Assembly (NCBI GenBank): GCA_022709735.1
Contig: JAKLIG010000002.1
Span: 1,949-65,948, forward strand
DNA: 64,000 nucleotides
Source of the DNA: Patescibacteria group bacterium
GTDB lineage: Bacteria; Patescibacteriota; Minisyncoccia; Moranbacterales; UBA2206
Reading direction: 5' to 3'
Below, piece by piece: positions 29,136 through 38,675 of the stretch; within the stretch, counting starts at the first letter, position 1, and every line of letters begins with the position of its first letter. Under the pieces are notes generated by a model that did not search any database, was not told the origin of the DNA, and saw nothing but the letters and a program-made list of their open reading frames with translations. The position numbers were made by a program, and so were the translations under genes.

Positions 29136-29148
29136 AAATTATATTTTA

Positions 29149-29266
29149 AATGCGACTCTAATTTACGAACCTGCCTGCCGGCAGGCAGGTGAACATTCGA
29201 ATGTTTCGAATGATTCGGTTTTATTCGAGTCATTCGTGTGCAGATTCGAGTCATTCGGGTCGCTTA
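29149..29266 (-). repeat. intercistronic palindromic element, subfamily A, copy II (tig-clpP spacer), carrying the 20-bp palindrome CCTGCCTGCCGGCAGGCAGG
   Basis: identical to the copy at 17961-18065 except that TGAG is replaced by a 23-bp segment containing the perfect palindrome (approx. 29173-29192). Confidence 0.85.
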
Positions 29267-30547
29267 TTAAATTTTTTCCAGGTATTCAAACACTTTCTCA
29301 TTTTCCAAAACTCCTTTGCTATAAGTATACAATCTTTCCATATCAATATTCTTCTCCATATCTTTGACATTCTTGTAATATTGCAAAGTCTTGTTTATCT
29401 CCGCTTCAATTTCTTCTGATGTCGCTTCCAAACTTTCTAGCTCGGTTATTTTCTTAAGTGCCAGCGCGCTAATTACTCTTTTTTCGGCCTGTGGCTCCCA
29501 GTCATGAATAAGTTCTTCCTTGTCTTTCTTAATTTGCGCCAGATATTGATCAAGATTCATTCCCATCGGCGCCAACTGATATTCAAATTCGTCGAGCATT
29601 TTGTGCGCTTCTTCGTGAACCAAAATTTCCGGCAGTTCTACCTCCGAGTTCTTAATTATTTCTTCAATATACTTGGTTCTTTTTTCGTCTTTAATTTTAT
29701 GCTCATTTTCGTGCTCCATGCCCTCTTCAATATTTTTCTTGAGCGCTTCTAAATTTTCAAATTTCCCTAAGGATTTCGCAAAATCATCATTGATTTCCGG
29801 CGTCTGCCTTTCTTGAACTAAATTTACTTTTACTTTGAAACTCGCTGGCTTTCCGGCTAAATCTTTTTTATGGTAATCAGCTGGGAAATTCAGCTCGAAT
29901 TCTTTTTCTTCTCCCTCTTTCATTCCAATAATTTGCTCTTCAAATCCCGGGATAAAAACTCCTCGGCCAATGATAAGCGGATGTTTTTTGCTCGTTCCAT
30001 TTTCAATTGGGACTCCGCCGATTTTCACCTCAAAGTCAATTTCGACGCTGTCATTTTTTCGTGCCTCACGCATAACTGTCACCAATTTCACCCGGCTGTT
30101 AGCCAATTTTTCAAGTTCCAATTCCAAATCCGCCTTTTCCACTTTCGAAGTCCGGCTTTTGAAATCATTATTAATTTCTTTTATACCTTTGACATATTTT
30201 TCTTTTATCTCAATTTTTGGCATAACAGAAACGATCGCCTTGTATTTCAAATCTTCCCCTTCTTTTATTTCCACTATTTCTACTTTTGGATTGCCGATTG
30301 CTTCAATTTTTTCTTTTAGAATATAATCGACATAACTTTTCTTCACGGCTTTTTCTCCCGCATTATTGAGGATTGTCCCCAATCCGACTTTTTGCTCAAT
30401 TAAATTTCTCGGCGCTTTGCCCGGGCGAAATCCCGGAATTTTTATCTCTTCTGAAATTTCATTGACTGCCGAGTCTAAAAATTTCTCCCATTCTTTCCAA
30501 GGGACAGTTATTTCAAATTCAATTTGCGATTTTGGTAATTTTTTCAT
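29267..30547 (-). CDS. tig: trigger factor
   Basis: ribosome-binding GFRPGKAP motif, PPIase and C-terminal arm; tig-clpP synteny. Confidence 0.9.
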   Translation of the reverse strand: MKKLPKSQIEFEITVPWKEWEKFLDSAVNEISEEIKIPGFRPGKAPRNLIEQKVGLGTILNNAGEKAVKKSYVDYILKEKIEAIGNPKVEIVEIKEGEDLKYKAIVSVMPKIEIKEKYVKGIKEINNDFKSRTSKVEKADLELELEKLANSRVKLVTVMREARKNDSVEIDFEVKIGGVPIENGTSKKHPLIIGRGVFIPGFEEQIIGMKEGEEKEFELNFPADYHKKDLAGKPASFKVKVNLVQERQTPEINDDFAKSLGKFENLEALKKNIEEGMEHENEHKIKDEKRTKYIEEIIKNSEVELPEILVHEEAHKMLDEFEYQLAPMGMNLDQYLAQIKKDKEELIHDWEPQAEKRVISALALKKITELESLEATSEEIEAEINKTLQYYKNVKDMEKNIDMERLYTYSKGVLENEKVFEYLEKI

Positions 30548-30553
30548 AGAAAT

Positions 30554-31483
30554 TTATTTAGTTAATTCTTCGGTTAATTGCGGGATGATTTGTTTTTTTC
30601 GGGAAACTACTTTTTCCAAAAACATTATTCCATTTTCAATTTTTCCTCCAAAAACTTTTTCCGCAAGATTTTTTTCCGCTTCCGATATAATATAAAGATA
30701 GCTATTTTGTTTTATAATATCGACTGGCAGAAAAAATAAATAATCCTGTTTTTCTTTTTCCTTTTTCGCTTTTAATGCTTTCCTTATCTCTTCTTGTTTT
30801 TCATTCACACTTTCTGGACTAGTCGTTTCCCAAGTTCCAATTCCCACTTTGAATTTTCCCATTTCAAAATCTTTATGATCCAATGAAATTATTTCTTCCA
30901 CAGAAATTCCCTCAAGACTTGACTTAGCCTCAAACATTTCTGCTACAAAATTATCCACATCAATTTTTGCTGTTTCATTTAAAACTCCGGCAATTATTTT
31001 ATCTTCCTCGGTAGATGTCGGACTGGTAAAATTCAGCGTATCAGAAAGAATTCCGGCTAAAAGCAACTTTGCATTTGTTTCAGAAATTTTTTCATTTTTT
31101 TCCAAAAACATTTTTGCGATGATGGAAGATGTAGCGCCCATTTCTTCTGTTCGGCAAAAAATAGGCTTGTCTGTTTTTATAGAAAATTTATGATGGTCAA
31201 TTATATAATTGACTTTAGAAAAATCGATCTTCTCCGAAATCTGATTTGCTTCATTATGATCCACCAGCACAATATTTTCACCTTCCCCAATTTCCGAAAT
31301 CAATTCCGGAGCTTCAACATTAAATTTTTGCAAAATAAATTTCGTTTCATTATTAATTTCTCCCGCGCGAAAAGCCTTCGCTTCAAGCTTCAGCGCATTT
31401 TTGAAATATTCCGTTGCTACAATGCTCGACACAATTGAATCCGTATCCGGATTTTTATGTCCAATAACAATTAATTTTCCCAT
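30554..31483 (-). CDS. ppaC: manganese-dependent inorganic pyrophosphatase (family II, DHH)
   Basis: DTDSIVSS, DHN, DHH motifs and DHHA2 C-terminal domain. Confidence 0.8.
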   Translation of the reverse strand: MGKLIVIGHKNPDTDSIVSSIVATEYFKNALKLEAKAFRAGEINNETKFILQKFNVEAPELISEIGEGENIVLVDHNEANQISEKIDFSKVNYIIDHHKFSIKTDKPIFCRTEEMGATSSIIAKMFLEKNEKISETNAKLLLAGILSDTLNFTSPTSTEEDKIIAGVLNETAKIDVDNFVAEMFEAKSSLEGISVEEIISLDHKDFEMGKFKVGIGTWETTSPESVNEKQEEIRKALKAKKEKEKQDYLFFLPVDIIKQNSYLYIISEAEKNLAEKVFGGKIENGIMFLEKVVSRKKQIIPQLTEELTK

Positions 31484-31501
31484 AAAATTTAAAATTAATT
31501 T

Positions 31502-32872
31502 TTATTCTTCTTTATTTTCCGCCTCTTTGGTTTCTTTGGTCTTTTTCGCCTTTTTCTCTTTTTTTTCTTCCTTAACTTCCTCGCTTATTTCTTTCTTGCT
31601 TTCTTCTGTCTCACTTACTTCTTCCTTCTTACTTCCCTCTTCTTTCTTGCCTTCTTCATCAGCCGAAACTTGCTCTCCACCGCTTGGCGCTAGACCTTTG
31701 ATGTCTATTTTCCAACCGGTAAGTTTGGCAGCCAGTCTTACATTTTGTCCGCGTTTGCCGATTGCCAAAGATAACTGGTCTTCTAAAACTGAAACCGAAG
31801 CTTCTTTTCTTTCTTCATTAATTTCCACCTTCAAAACCTTGGCCGGAGAAAGTGCGCCAGAAATAAATTTTGAAATATCATCATTCCACATTACAATATC
31901 AATTTTTTCTCCACCCAGTTCATCAATCACCGCTTGCACTCTGGTTCCTTTTTGCCCGACGCAAGATCCAATTGGATCAATGCCGTCTTCCGTGGAAGAA
32001 ACAGCAATCTTAGTTCGCTCGCCCGCTTCTCGCGCAATTGATTTTATCTCCACTGTTCCAGAAAAAATTTCCGGCACTTCAAGTTCAAACATTTTTCGCA
32101 CCATTTCCGGATTCGTGCGACTTAGGGTTATGCCAGGACCTTTTGTACCGGCATCAACTTTTTGCAAATATACTTTTATCCTTTGCCCAACTCGATAATT
32201 TTCTCTTTCAATTTGTTCGCTCGGGAAAAGAACGCCGACTGATTTTCCAAGATCAACAAAGATGTTCCGTCCTTCTACTCTTTGCACTACACCGTTTAGA
32301 ATTTCGCCTTCCTTATTTTTATATTCATCATACATCGCGTCTCTTTCCGCTTCGCGAATTCGCTGGATGATCACTTGCTTGGCAGTTTGGGCTGCTACTC
32401 GGCCGTAATCAGTTTTTTGTTCAAGTTCTGTTTCGATAATATCTCCCACCTTGGCATCCTTTTTTATTTTCTTCGCTTCCTCCAAAATCAAATCTCTTTC
32501 CGGATTAAATCTTGGCAATCTTTCTTCCGCGTTTTCTTCTGTATCAATTTGTTTTTTTTCTTCTGCCTTATCTGTTTTTTTATCCGCCTCATCCGTTTCT
32601 TCCATAAATTCCCGCATTGTTTCGTCCACGACTTCTTTTACCAGAAAAAATTTCGCTCCACCAGTAAGCTCATCAAATTCGCTACGGATATTTTGTCCGC
32701 GCTTGCCATAATCTTTTTTATACGCCGCCGAGAGCGCCGCCTCGATTGTTTCAACTACTTTTTCTTTGGAAATTCCTTTTTCCTCACAAAGAGCGGAAAT
32801 AGCCGAGCTAAAATCGCCCGTTCGCCCGCCGGAATTGTTTTCTTCGTCTTTTTTTGTTCTTTTCTTTGCCAT
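31502..32872 (-). CDS. nusA: transcription termination/antitermination factor NusA with Lys/Glu-rich C-terminal tail
   Basis: N-terminal domain, S1 and two KH domains (GQKGTRVQ, IGKRGQNVRLA). Confidence 0.85.
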   Translation of the reverse strand: MAKKRTKKDEENNSGGRTGDFSSAISALCEEKGISKEKVVETIEAALSAAYKKDYGKRGQNIRSEFDELTGGAKFFLVKEVVDETMREFMEETDEADKKTDKAEEKKQIDTEENAEERLPRFNPERDLILEEAKKIKKDAKVGDIIETELEQKTDYGRVAAQTAKQVIIQRIREAERDAMYDEYKNKEGEILNGVVQRVEGRNIFVDLGKSVGVLFPSEQIERENYRVGQRIKVYLQKVDAGTKGPGITLSRTNPEMVRKMFELEVPEIFSGTVEIKSIAREAGERTKIAVSSTEDGIDPIGSCVGQKGTRVQAVIDELGGEKIDIVMWNDDISKFISGALSPAKVLKVEINEERKEASVSVLEDQLSLAIGKRGQNVRLAAKLTGWKIDIKGLAPSGGEQVSADEEGKKEEGSKKEEVSETEESKKEISEEVKEEKKEKKAKKTKETKEAENKEE

Positions 32873-33049
32873 AAAATTTTATTTAAAAAATTAATTTTGC
32901 CTTATTTAAGCTTAATTTAACCATATTTACTGCCTATTTAATAAAGAAAGTTCGCTTTCCGCGAACTTTATCTGCTCTTCTAACTGATAAAACAATCTTA
33001 TCAATTATTTTATTTTATGTCAACTGGCAATATTTATAGCGGAAATCAT

Positions 33050-33772
33050 CTAAAATAATGCTCTTGTTCCGCGAAGCGCCGTATCAATTGCTCTAACAGC
33101 CACAAATCCAGAAAGCGCAACGATTATTCCAATAATTGAATAGGTCATATTTCTTTTGGCTATCTCTATAATTTTTTCATCACCTGACGCTAAAAGATAT
33201 TGTCCACCAGAAATAATAAAAGCAATTACAGTAATAATTCCGATAATCCTCAATAACCAATTCAAAATATTAACTAAAATGTTTTTTATTCCGGGTGAAT
33301 CAGGAAGCCCTGCTTTAGAAACAGAAGTAAAATCCAGTTCCCCATTAGCTGTTCCGACTGCTCCATTAGGATTATTACTATTGCCATTATTATTACTATT
33401 ATTTGCATTATTATTGCTATTATTTGCATTACCATTTCCACATACTCCAGTATCAGCACAACTCATATTATACCAATTACTAGGATCGCAATTAGCCTTG
33501 CTAGATGAACAACTAGCACCATTAACACAACATCCGACACTAGCCGTTTCGTTAGAATTAGAATTAGAATTAGAATTATTATTATTATTTACATTCACAC
33601 ACCCTACTTCAAGACAAGTTAATTCATACCAATTAGCAGAATTACAGCCATCTTTATTTGTTGAACAAGTCGTGGAGCAACAGCCAGCATTAGCTGAAGA
33701 CGCAATGGCGAAAACAGCCAAAAAAACAAACACTAAAAAAATTAAATTAAAATAGAATGAATATTTTTTCAT
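33050..33772 (-). CDS. pilin-like TM-hairpin protein paralog 1 with Cys-rich, Asn/Ser-rich ectodomain
   Basis: signal peptide; Cys-rich domain with NNNNNSNSNSNSN tracts; C-terminal conserved TM-hairpin LLASGDEKIIEIAKRNMTYSIIGIIVALSGFV shared with the four neighbouring genes. Confidence 0.5.
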   Translation of the reverse strand: MKKYSFYFNLIFLVFVFLAVFAIASSANAGCCSTTCSTNKDGCNSANWYELTCLEVGCVNVNNNNNSNSNSNSNETASVGCCVNGASCSSSKANCDPSNWYNMSCADTGVCGNGNANNSNNNANNSNNNGNSNNPNGAVGTANGELDFTSVSKAGLPDSPGIKNILVNILNWLLRIIGIITVIAFIISGGQYLLASGDEKIIEIAKRNMTYSIIGIIVALSGFVAVRAIDTALRGTRALF

Positions 33773-33794
33773 TTTTTACCATTAAATAGCTTAG

Positions 33795-34172
33795 TTAAAA
33801 TGAACTAGAATTAAGCATATTCTGCGCCGCAGCAAAGACCACATAACCAGCTAACCCCACAATTACTCCAATAATCGAATACATCATAGCTTTTTTAGCA
33901 TTTCCTGCTCGCGTTTCATCTCCGGCCGCCGTAAGATACATGATTCCAGCAATAATAAATCCGATAAGAGAAACCACACTCAAGACTCCCAAGAGCCACT
34001 TAAGAATATTTTCTATTATTCCAAAAATTGTTCCGGTCGGCAGGCCATAATTATCATCTTGAAGTCCGTCACTCTTTGGGTCTCCAAGGCCAAAAAGAGC
34101 TAAGGATACTTTTGGCATAAATAGCATTGTCCCAACATAAATTGCTATTAATATTTTTTCTATTTTTTTCAT
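33795..34172 (-). CDS. pilin-like TM-hairpin protein paralog 2 (VirB2/TrbC-like architecture)
   Basis: signal peptide plus MYLTAAGDETRAGNAKKAMMYSIIGVIVGLAGYVVF...NMLNSSSF. Confidence 0.5.
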   Translation of the reverse strand: MKKIEKILIAIYVGTMLFMPKVSLALFGLGDPKSDGLQDDNYGLPTGTIFGIIENILKWLLGVLSVVSLIGFIIAGIMYLTAAGDETRAGNAKKAMMYSIIGVIVGLAGYVVFAAAQNMLNSSSF

Positions 34173-34236
34173 ACTTTTTTTGTTCCATAAAATAAATTAT
34201 ATTTTATGAAATTAATTTTTATTAATAATTATTATT

Positions 34237-34617
34237 TTAAAACTTCGCCGTTGCATTGAGCAAGGCTTGTGCTGCCTTAAAAAACACAAATCCTGAAAAT
34301 CCCACAATCACTCCAATAATTGAATATGTCATAGCTTTTTTAGCATTTCCTGCTCGCGCTTCATCTCCGGCAGCGGTAAGGTACATAAGTCCAGAAATTA
34401 TAAAAGCAATAAAACAAATTACCTCCAGTGTTCCCAAAAGCCAAACGACTAAATTAGAGACGATACCAAAAACTGATGAGTCTGGAAGATTAAATTGTTT
34501 CAAATCATCAACCTTCCATTGAGCAAAAATTTTTGCAGGGAAAAATGAGATGGCTGAAAATATTGCAAGTGATAGAATTTTATTTCTAATTTTTATTTTC
34601 ATAATTATTCGCGTCAC
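34237..34617 (-). CDS. pilin-like TM-hairpin protein paralog 3
   Basis: signal peptide plus MYLTAAGDEARAGNAKKAMTYSIIGVIVGFSGFVFF...LLNATAKF. Confidence 0.5.
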   Translation of the reverse strand: MTRIIMKIKIRNKILSLAIFSAISFFPAKIFAQWKVDDLKQFNLPDSSVFGIVSNLVVWLLGTLEVICFIAFIISGLMYLTAAGDEARAGNAKKAMTYSIIGVIVGFSGFVFFKAAQALLNATAKF

Positions 34618-34769
34618 TTCCGCACCTGCCTGCCAGCAGGCAAATTTAAACAGAAATGGCAGAAAAGAAAAATTTACATTTATAATTATACCACGCTTTT
34701 AAAAAAATAAAAACAGCCCGTAATCCACAGGCTATTTTTATTTTATTTTGAAATTTCAAAATACGCTTT

Positions 34770-35126
34770 TTAGAATCCAGCGTTAGAATTAAGCATATTT
34801 TTAGCAAAGCTAAGGGCTACGAGTCCAGCTAAAGCTACAATTACTCCAATAATTGAATACATCATCGCGTTTTTAGCTGTACCTATTCTCGTTTCATCTC
34901 CAGCTGCTGTAAGATACAAAATTCCGGCAATACAAAATCCAATCACGCCAACAATCCCAACAGCTGCCAAAAGCCAGTTCATTATATTGGTAATAATTCT
35001 CATAATAGTACTACTAGGAAGATTTGTTCCCACTGGTGGATAATATTGCGCGCCAGCCAAAGCAGGCATCAAAAGAAGTGACCCTGAAATTATAGAATAT
35101 GCAACTGATTTTATTTTATTTTTCAT
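34770..35126 (-). CDS. pilin-like TM-hairpin protein paralog 4
   Basis: signal peptide plus LYLTAAGDETRIGTAKNAMMYSIIGVIVALAGLVAL...NMLNSNAGF. Confidence 0.5.
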   Translation of the reverse strand: MKNKIKSVAYSIISGSLLLMPALAGAQYYPPVGTNLPSSTIMRIITNIMNWLLAAVGIVGVIGFCIAGILYLTAAGDETRIGTAKNAMMYSIIGVIVALAGLVALSFAKNMLNSNAGF

Positions 35127-35194
35127 CTTGCACCTCCTTTCATAAATAACATCTTAATTTTTCTTTATTTTTTATATTCTCTCGCCTTTTATCT

Positions 35195-35950
35195 TTACGA
35201 TACGCTGATAAGACTGGAGATTTGCCTTACAACTACAAGCGCGCTAAGCGCTACTACAATTCCAATTATAGCATAGGTAATTATTTTTTTTGCCGTATCT
35301 ATTCTTTTTTCATCTCCATAAGCTGTAAGATACATTCCTCCGCCGATGACTAAAGAAATTATAGCAATAATTCCAAAGATTGACAATAAGAAATTCAAAA
35401 CATTAACTGCAATCATTTTTATAGTAAGTGTTGACCCGGTGCCGGCAACATCTGGTCCGGCCTGAAGAATAGCCAAAATTTCATTAAGAAATGCTGGCGC
35501 TGCCAAAGCAATCGCTAACCCGACTACTGCGCCTGTCCAAGTTTGTTTGGCGCGCGTTACCATCTTTTCGTTTCCGGCCGATGACATATACATAATTCCG
35601 CCAATAATCATAAATATCACTGCGATAATTACAATTATTCCTCTAAGCTTGCTCATAAGCGAAGTGAGCAACTCTTGAACAGAATTGATTTGAAGAGGAT
35701 TAGCAAATGTTGTAGTAGATGAGTTCGCAGTAGCCGGATTTATATAACCAGGGCAAGTAGACATAGTTATGCAAGCTGCCTGATCAAAATATGTCGTACC
35801 CGCTCCACAATCCATAGCGGAATTAGCACTTGAACAAACTCCCATGGCAGTAGCAAAGCAACAGCCTGCTGTTTGCGCTTGAACCAATTTAGTATTCAAA
35901 AAAAATCCTGCAATAAAAACTAATATAGTAATGATAAAATATTTTTTCAT
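35195..35950 (-). CDS. pilin-like protein paralog 5: Cys-rich ectodomain plus two tandem TM-hairpin units
   Basis: signal peptide; AGCCFATAMGVCSS...C...C...C; two repeats of the MY(M/L)(S/T)AxG(N/D)EK...AK hairpin. Confidence 0.5.
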   Translation of the reverse strand: MKKYFIITILVFIAGFFLNTKLVQAQTAGCCFATAMGVCSSANSAMDCGAGTTYFDQAACITMSTCPGYINPATANSSTTTFANPLQINSVQELLTSLMSKLRGIIVIIAVIFMIIGGIMYMSSAGNEKMVTRAKQTWTGAVVGLAIALAAPAFLNEILAILQAGPDVAGTGSTLTIKMIAVNVLNFLLSIFGIIAIISLVIGGGMYLTAYGDEKRIDTAKKIITYAIIGIVVALSALVVVRQISSLISVS

Positions 35951-35973
35951 ATTTATTTTTATATTTTAAAAAA

Positions 35974-37383
35974 TTATAAGTTATTCACCCTTTGCGCGGC
36001 AGTTTTTAGCGCATCAGAAACTGTCGCTTGGCCTTTGTTCACACTATCAATCATTTCTGCAAAAATTGATTCTACCGAAGTTGAATCTTTTTGCCGCCAG
36101 CTTTTAGCAATTAAATTTCCTGCTGCAAAAACTCCAACTTTCGGATCAGTTTTTTGCAATTCGATCAAATCCCGCCTCGCTGCTGGTTGGCCAGTTTTTG
36201 CAAGAAATTTTACAGCTGGATCAAGCTTTAGATTGGCTGATTGCCCAACTCCCGAACCAGAAGAAGTACCAGCAAAAGTCCCATCCGGTTTAGTCGAAAG
36301 ATATGTCAAAAACCACCAAGCTTCTTTTACTCTGGTATCATTACTTATCGTTACAGTACTTTGCAGAGTTTTAGAAATCGAATTTTTTGCAACTACGAAT
36401 CCCCAATAGTTAGCAAAATTAACCGGCGCCTTATTTTCAAATTGCGGGACTGGAGAAACAGCAAAATTTAGCTTTGGCGATTTTGCCAAAATTGTATCAA
36501 CATTCCAAGAATAATTTATCATCATTGCCGTAAGCCCTTCCGAAAAAGCATCGATGGAATAATGCATATTTGGATTCCATGTATAGTTAAAAGATTTAGA
36601 ATTAGCAAACTGCGTATAAAAATTAAGAGCTTCCTCGCCGAGATAAACTCCATTTGGGTTTGAATCTGTTTTCGAAAAAGAATCGTCGAAAGCTACCCGC
36701 CCCATATCATCAGTCATTTCGGTTCCGTTTTGAAGCATTATGAGATTTAATATATCCGTAGAACGATTTATATTATAAGCAGTTCCAATAGCTGCGCCAG
36801 AGTGAATTATATTTCCAAAAGAATCTACACTTTTTAGTTTTATCACATCGTCGATAAATTCATTCCAATTTTTTGGAGGAGTCGCAATCCCAGCCTGATT
36901 CAATAGATCTTTATTATAAAAAAGTGCTAAACTATCCACTGAAAGTGGCACAGCATAAATTTTATTTTCTTTGATAAAATCCTCTGCTACTACATCTATA
37001 AAATTATTTCTAAATTTTTGTTCATTTATAATTCTTGGATCTACTTCAGACGGCGCTGGAGCAATTTTATCAGTAAAAGAAGGTAGCCATAGATTATTCA
37101 CCATAAAAATATCCGGCCCCTGGCCTGATGCCAGTGCATCCATCAGTTCTTTTCGATAGGTGTCTATGGGAATTTTTTTATAAGTAATTTTAGAAACATT
37201 TGGATTTATAAGACTATAATTATCAAAAATTTCTCTCATTGCTGTTTCCTGGTCTAGCGGTCCCCAAATTTCAAGATCTAAATCATATTTGTGTGTATTA
37301 GCCGGCTTGCATCCGCAACCAGAAATAACTAAAACTACTGTCAAAAAGGAAATTGCTAAAATTATTTTTTTTATTTTATTCAT
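35974..37383 (-). CDS. extracellular solute-binding protein (ABC-type, family 1) lipoprotein, orphan
   Basis: lipobox ISGCGC; SBP-like fold hallmarks (GPDIFMVNNLWLPSF); no permease or ATPase nearby. Confidence 0.55.
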   Translation of the reverse strand: MNKIKKIILAISFLTVVLVISGCGCKPANTHKYDLDLEIWGPLDQETAMREIFDNYSLINPNVSKITYKKIPIDTYRKELMDALASGQGPDIFMVNNLWLPSFTDKIAPAPSEVDPRIINEQKFRNNFIDVVAEDFIKENKIYAVPLSVDSLALFYNKDLLNQAGIATPPKNWNEFIDDVIKLKSVDSFGNIIHSGAAIGTAYNINRSTDILNLIMLQNGTEMTDDMGRVAFDDSFSKTDSNPNGVYLGEEALNFYTQFANSKSFNYTWNPNMHYSIDAFSEGLTAMMINYSWNVDTILAKSPKLNFAVSPVPQFENKAPVNFANYWGFVVAKNSISKTLQSTVTISNDTRVKEAWWFLTYLSTKPDGTFAGTSSGSGVGQSANLKLDPAVKFLAKTGQPAARRDLIELQKTDPKVGVFAAGNLIAKSWRQKDSTSVESIFAEMIDSVNKGQATVSDALKTAAQRVNNL

Positions 37384-37387
37384 AATT

Positions 37388-37945
37388 TTATTTTGTTATT
37401 ATCCATCCAAAATGAAAACTGCTTACTTTTATTTTTTTTAAAATGGCTAATTTATTTTTTTGAATTATATCCGAAAGTTCATCTTTGGAAACTCTGTTTT
37501 TTATTTCTGGACCTAATGACCTGTCTAGCTCTTCCCAATCGATAAAAAGAATGCATCCTCCCTTTTTTAAAATTCTTTCCGCTTCCATAAAAACTTCCAA
37601 CTTTTTCTGACTTTGGTAAAGCATATTAACAATCAACACCCAGTCTATGCTTTCTTTCCCAAGTTTTGTTCCTTTTTCTTCTTCCAAATTAACTCTACGC
37701 GCATCAATATTATCAAGTCCCATGATTTTCGCCTGGCTTCTCACTGCTTCAACTTTTGCTTCTAATATATCCAGGGCATAAACCACTCCTCCTTCGCCAA
37801 TTTTTTTCGCCACAGGAAAAGTGAAAAATCCCGTCCCGCATCCAAAGTGAGCAACTCTCATTCCTGGCAAAATTTCCAAACCAGAAATTATCTCTTCGGG
37901 ATTTAGAAATTTAACTGCATAATTTGTACTTTTATCAAAAGTCAT
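37388..37945 (-). CDS. class I SAM-dependent methyltransferase
   Basis: motif I VAHFGCGTGFFT, then ALDILEAKVE and ILFIDWE. Confidence 0.7.
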   Translation of the reverse strand: MTFDKSTNYAVKFLNPEEIISGLEILPGMRVAHFGCGTGFFTFPVAKKIGEGGVVYALDILEAKVEAVRSQAKIMGLDNIDARRVNLEEEKGTKLGKESIDWVLIVNMLYQSQKKLEVFMEAERILKKGGCILFIDWEELDRSLGPEIKNRVSKDELSDIIQKNKLAILKKIKVSSFHFGWIITK

Positions 37946-38064
37946 TTTTATTTTTTTATCTGTACACTTATTTTACAATAAATTGAAAAAACTAACAACA
38001 TCGGATTATCCACGGCAAAAAATTTGATAATCTGCCAATATTCTTGTAGATTAAATAAGGGTAG

Positions 38065-38151
38065 GGAAGCGTGCCAGAGTGGTCGAATGGGGCGGTTTCG
38101 AAAACCGCTATATCCGAAAGGGTATCAGAGGTTCAAATCCTCTCGCTTCCG
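38065..38151 (+). tRNA. tRNA-Ser(CGA)
   Basis: class II tRNA: GGAAGCG...anticodon loop TTCGAAA...long variable arm...AGAGGTTCAAATCCTCT CGCTTCC. Confidence 0.8.
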
Positions 38152-38159
38152 CTAATAAA

Positions 38160-38188
38160 AAATTGCTTAAGTTTAGCAATTTTTTTAA
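38160..38188 (+). terminator. intrinsic terminator after tRNA-Ser
   Basis: TTGCTTAAGTTTAGCAA hairpin followed by TTTTTTT. Confidence 0.6.
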
Positions 38189-38231
38189 TCTATAATTTCA
38201 AAAAATTTGGCTGATACAATTTTATATTTCT

Positions 38232-38675
38232 TTAAAAATGTAAATTAGCTGACCTAGAAACGCTTGGCATACTTCTATTTTGTGTTAGATTACTTTTTCT
38301 AGGTTCTATCGCCCTATTAATCTTTGGCTTTGAGATATTGCTATTTTGCTTAGTTTTTGGCTTTTCATATATATATCGACTTTCAAAAAAACCAGCATTC
38401 GGAAATATTTTTCCAGCTAAAACTTCTGCTTCTTTTCCATCTATATTTTTTCCTTTTCCGCTTCTAAAAGTGCCTAGGACCTTTTTCATTTCTTCTCTCG
38501 TAATTCCTCCCTGTGCCTTCTCTTTTAAGGCAGAAAAAAACTCATCCTTCTCGGCCGTTGTATCCAAAACATTTGCTATTTTTTTGTCTTTAAATAGGCT
38601 ATTCATTGCTTGGCTACTCTTTCTTGAATATCCAACTTGCTTATTTGAATATAAATTTTTTGTAAAAAATCCCAT
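38232..38675 (-). CDS. hypothetical protein
   Basis: 147-aa ORF, Lys/Ser-rich; no motif. Confidence 0.3.
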   Translation of the reverse strand: MGFFTKNLYSNKQVGYSRKSSQAMNSLFKDKKIANVLDTTAEKDEFFSALKEKAQGGITREEMKKVLGTFRSGKGKNIDGKEAEVLAGKIFPNAGFFESRYIYEKPKTKQNSNISKPKINRAIEPRKSNLTQNRSMPSVSRSANLHF

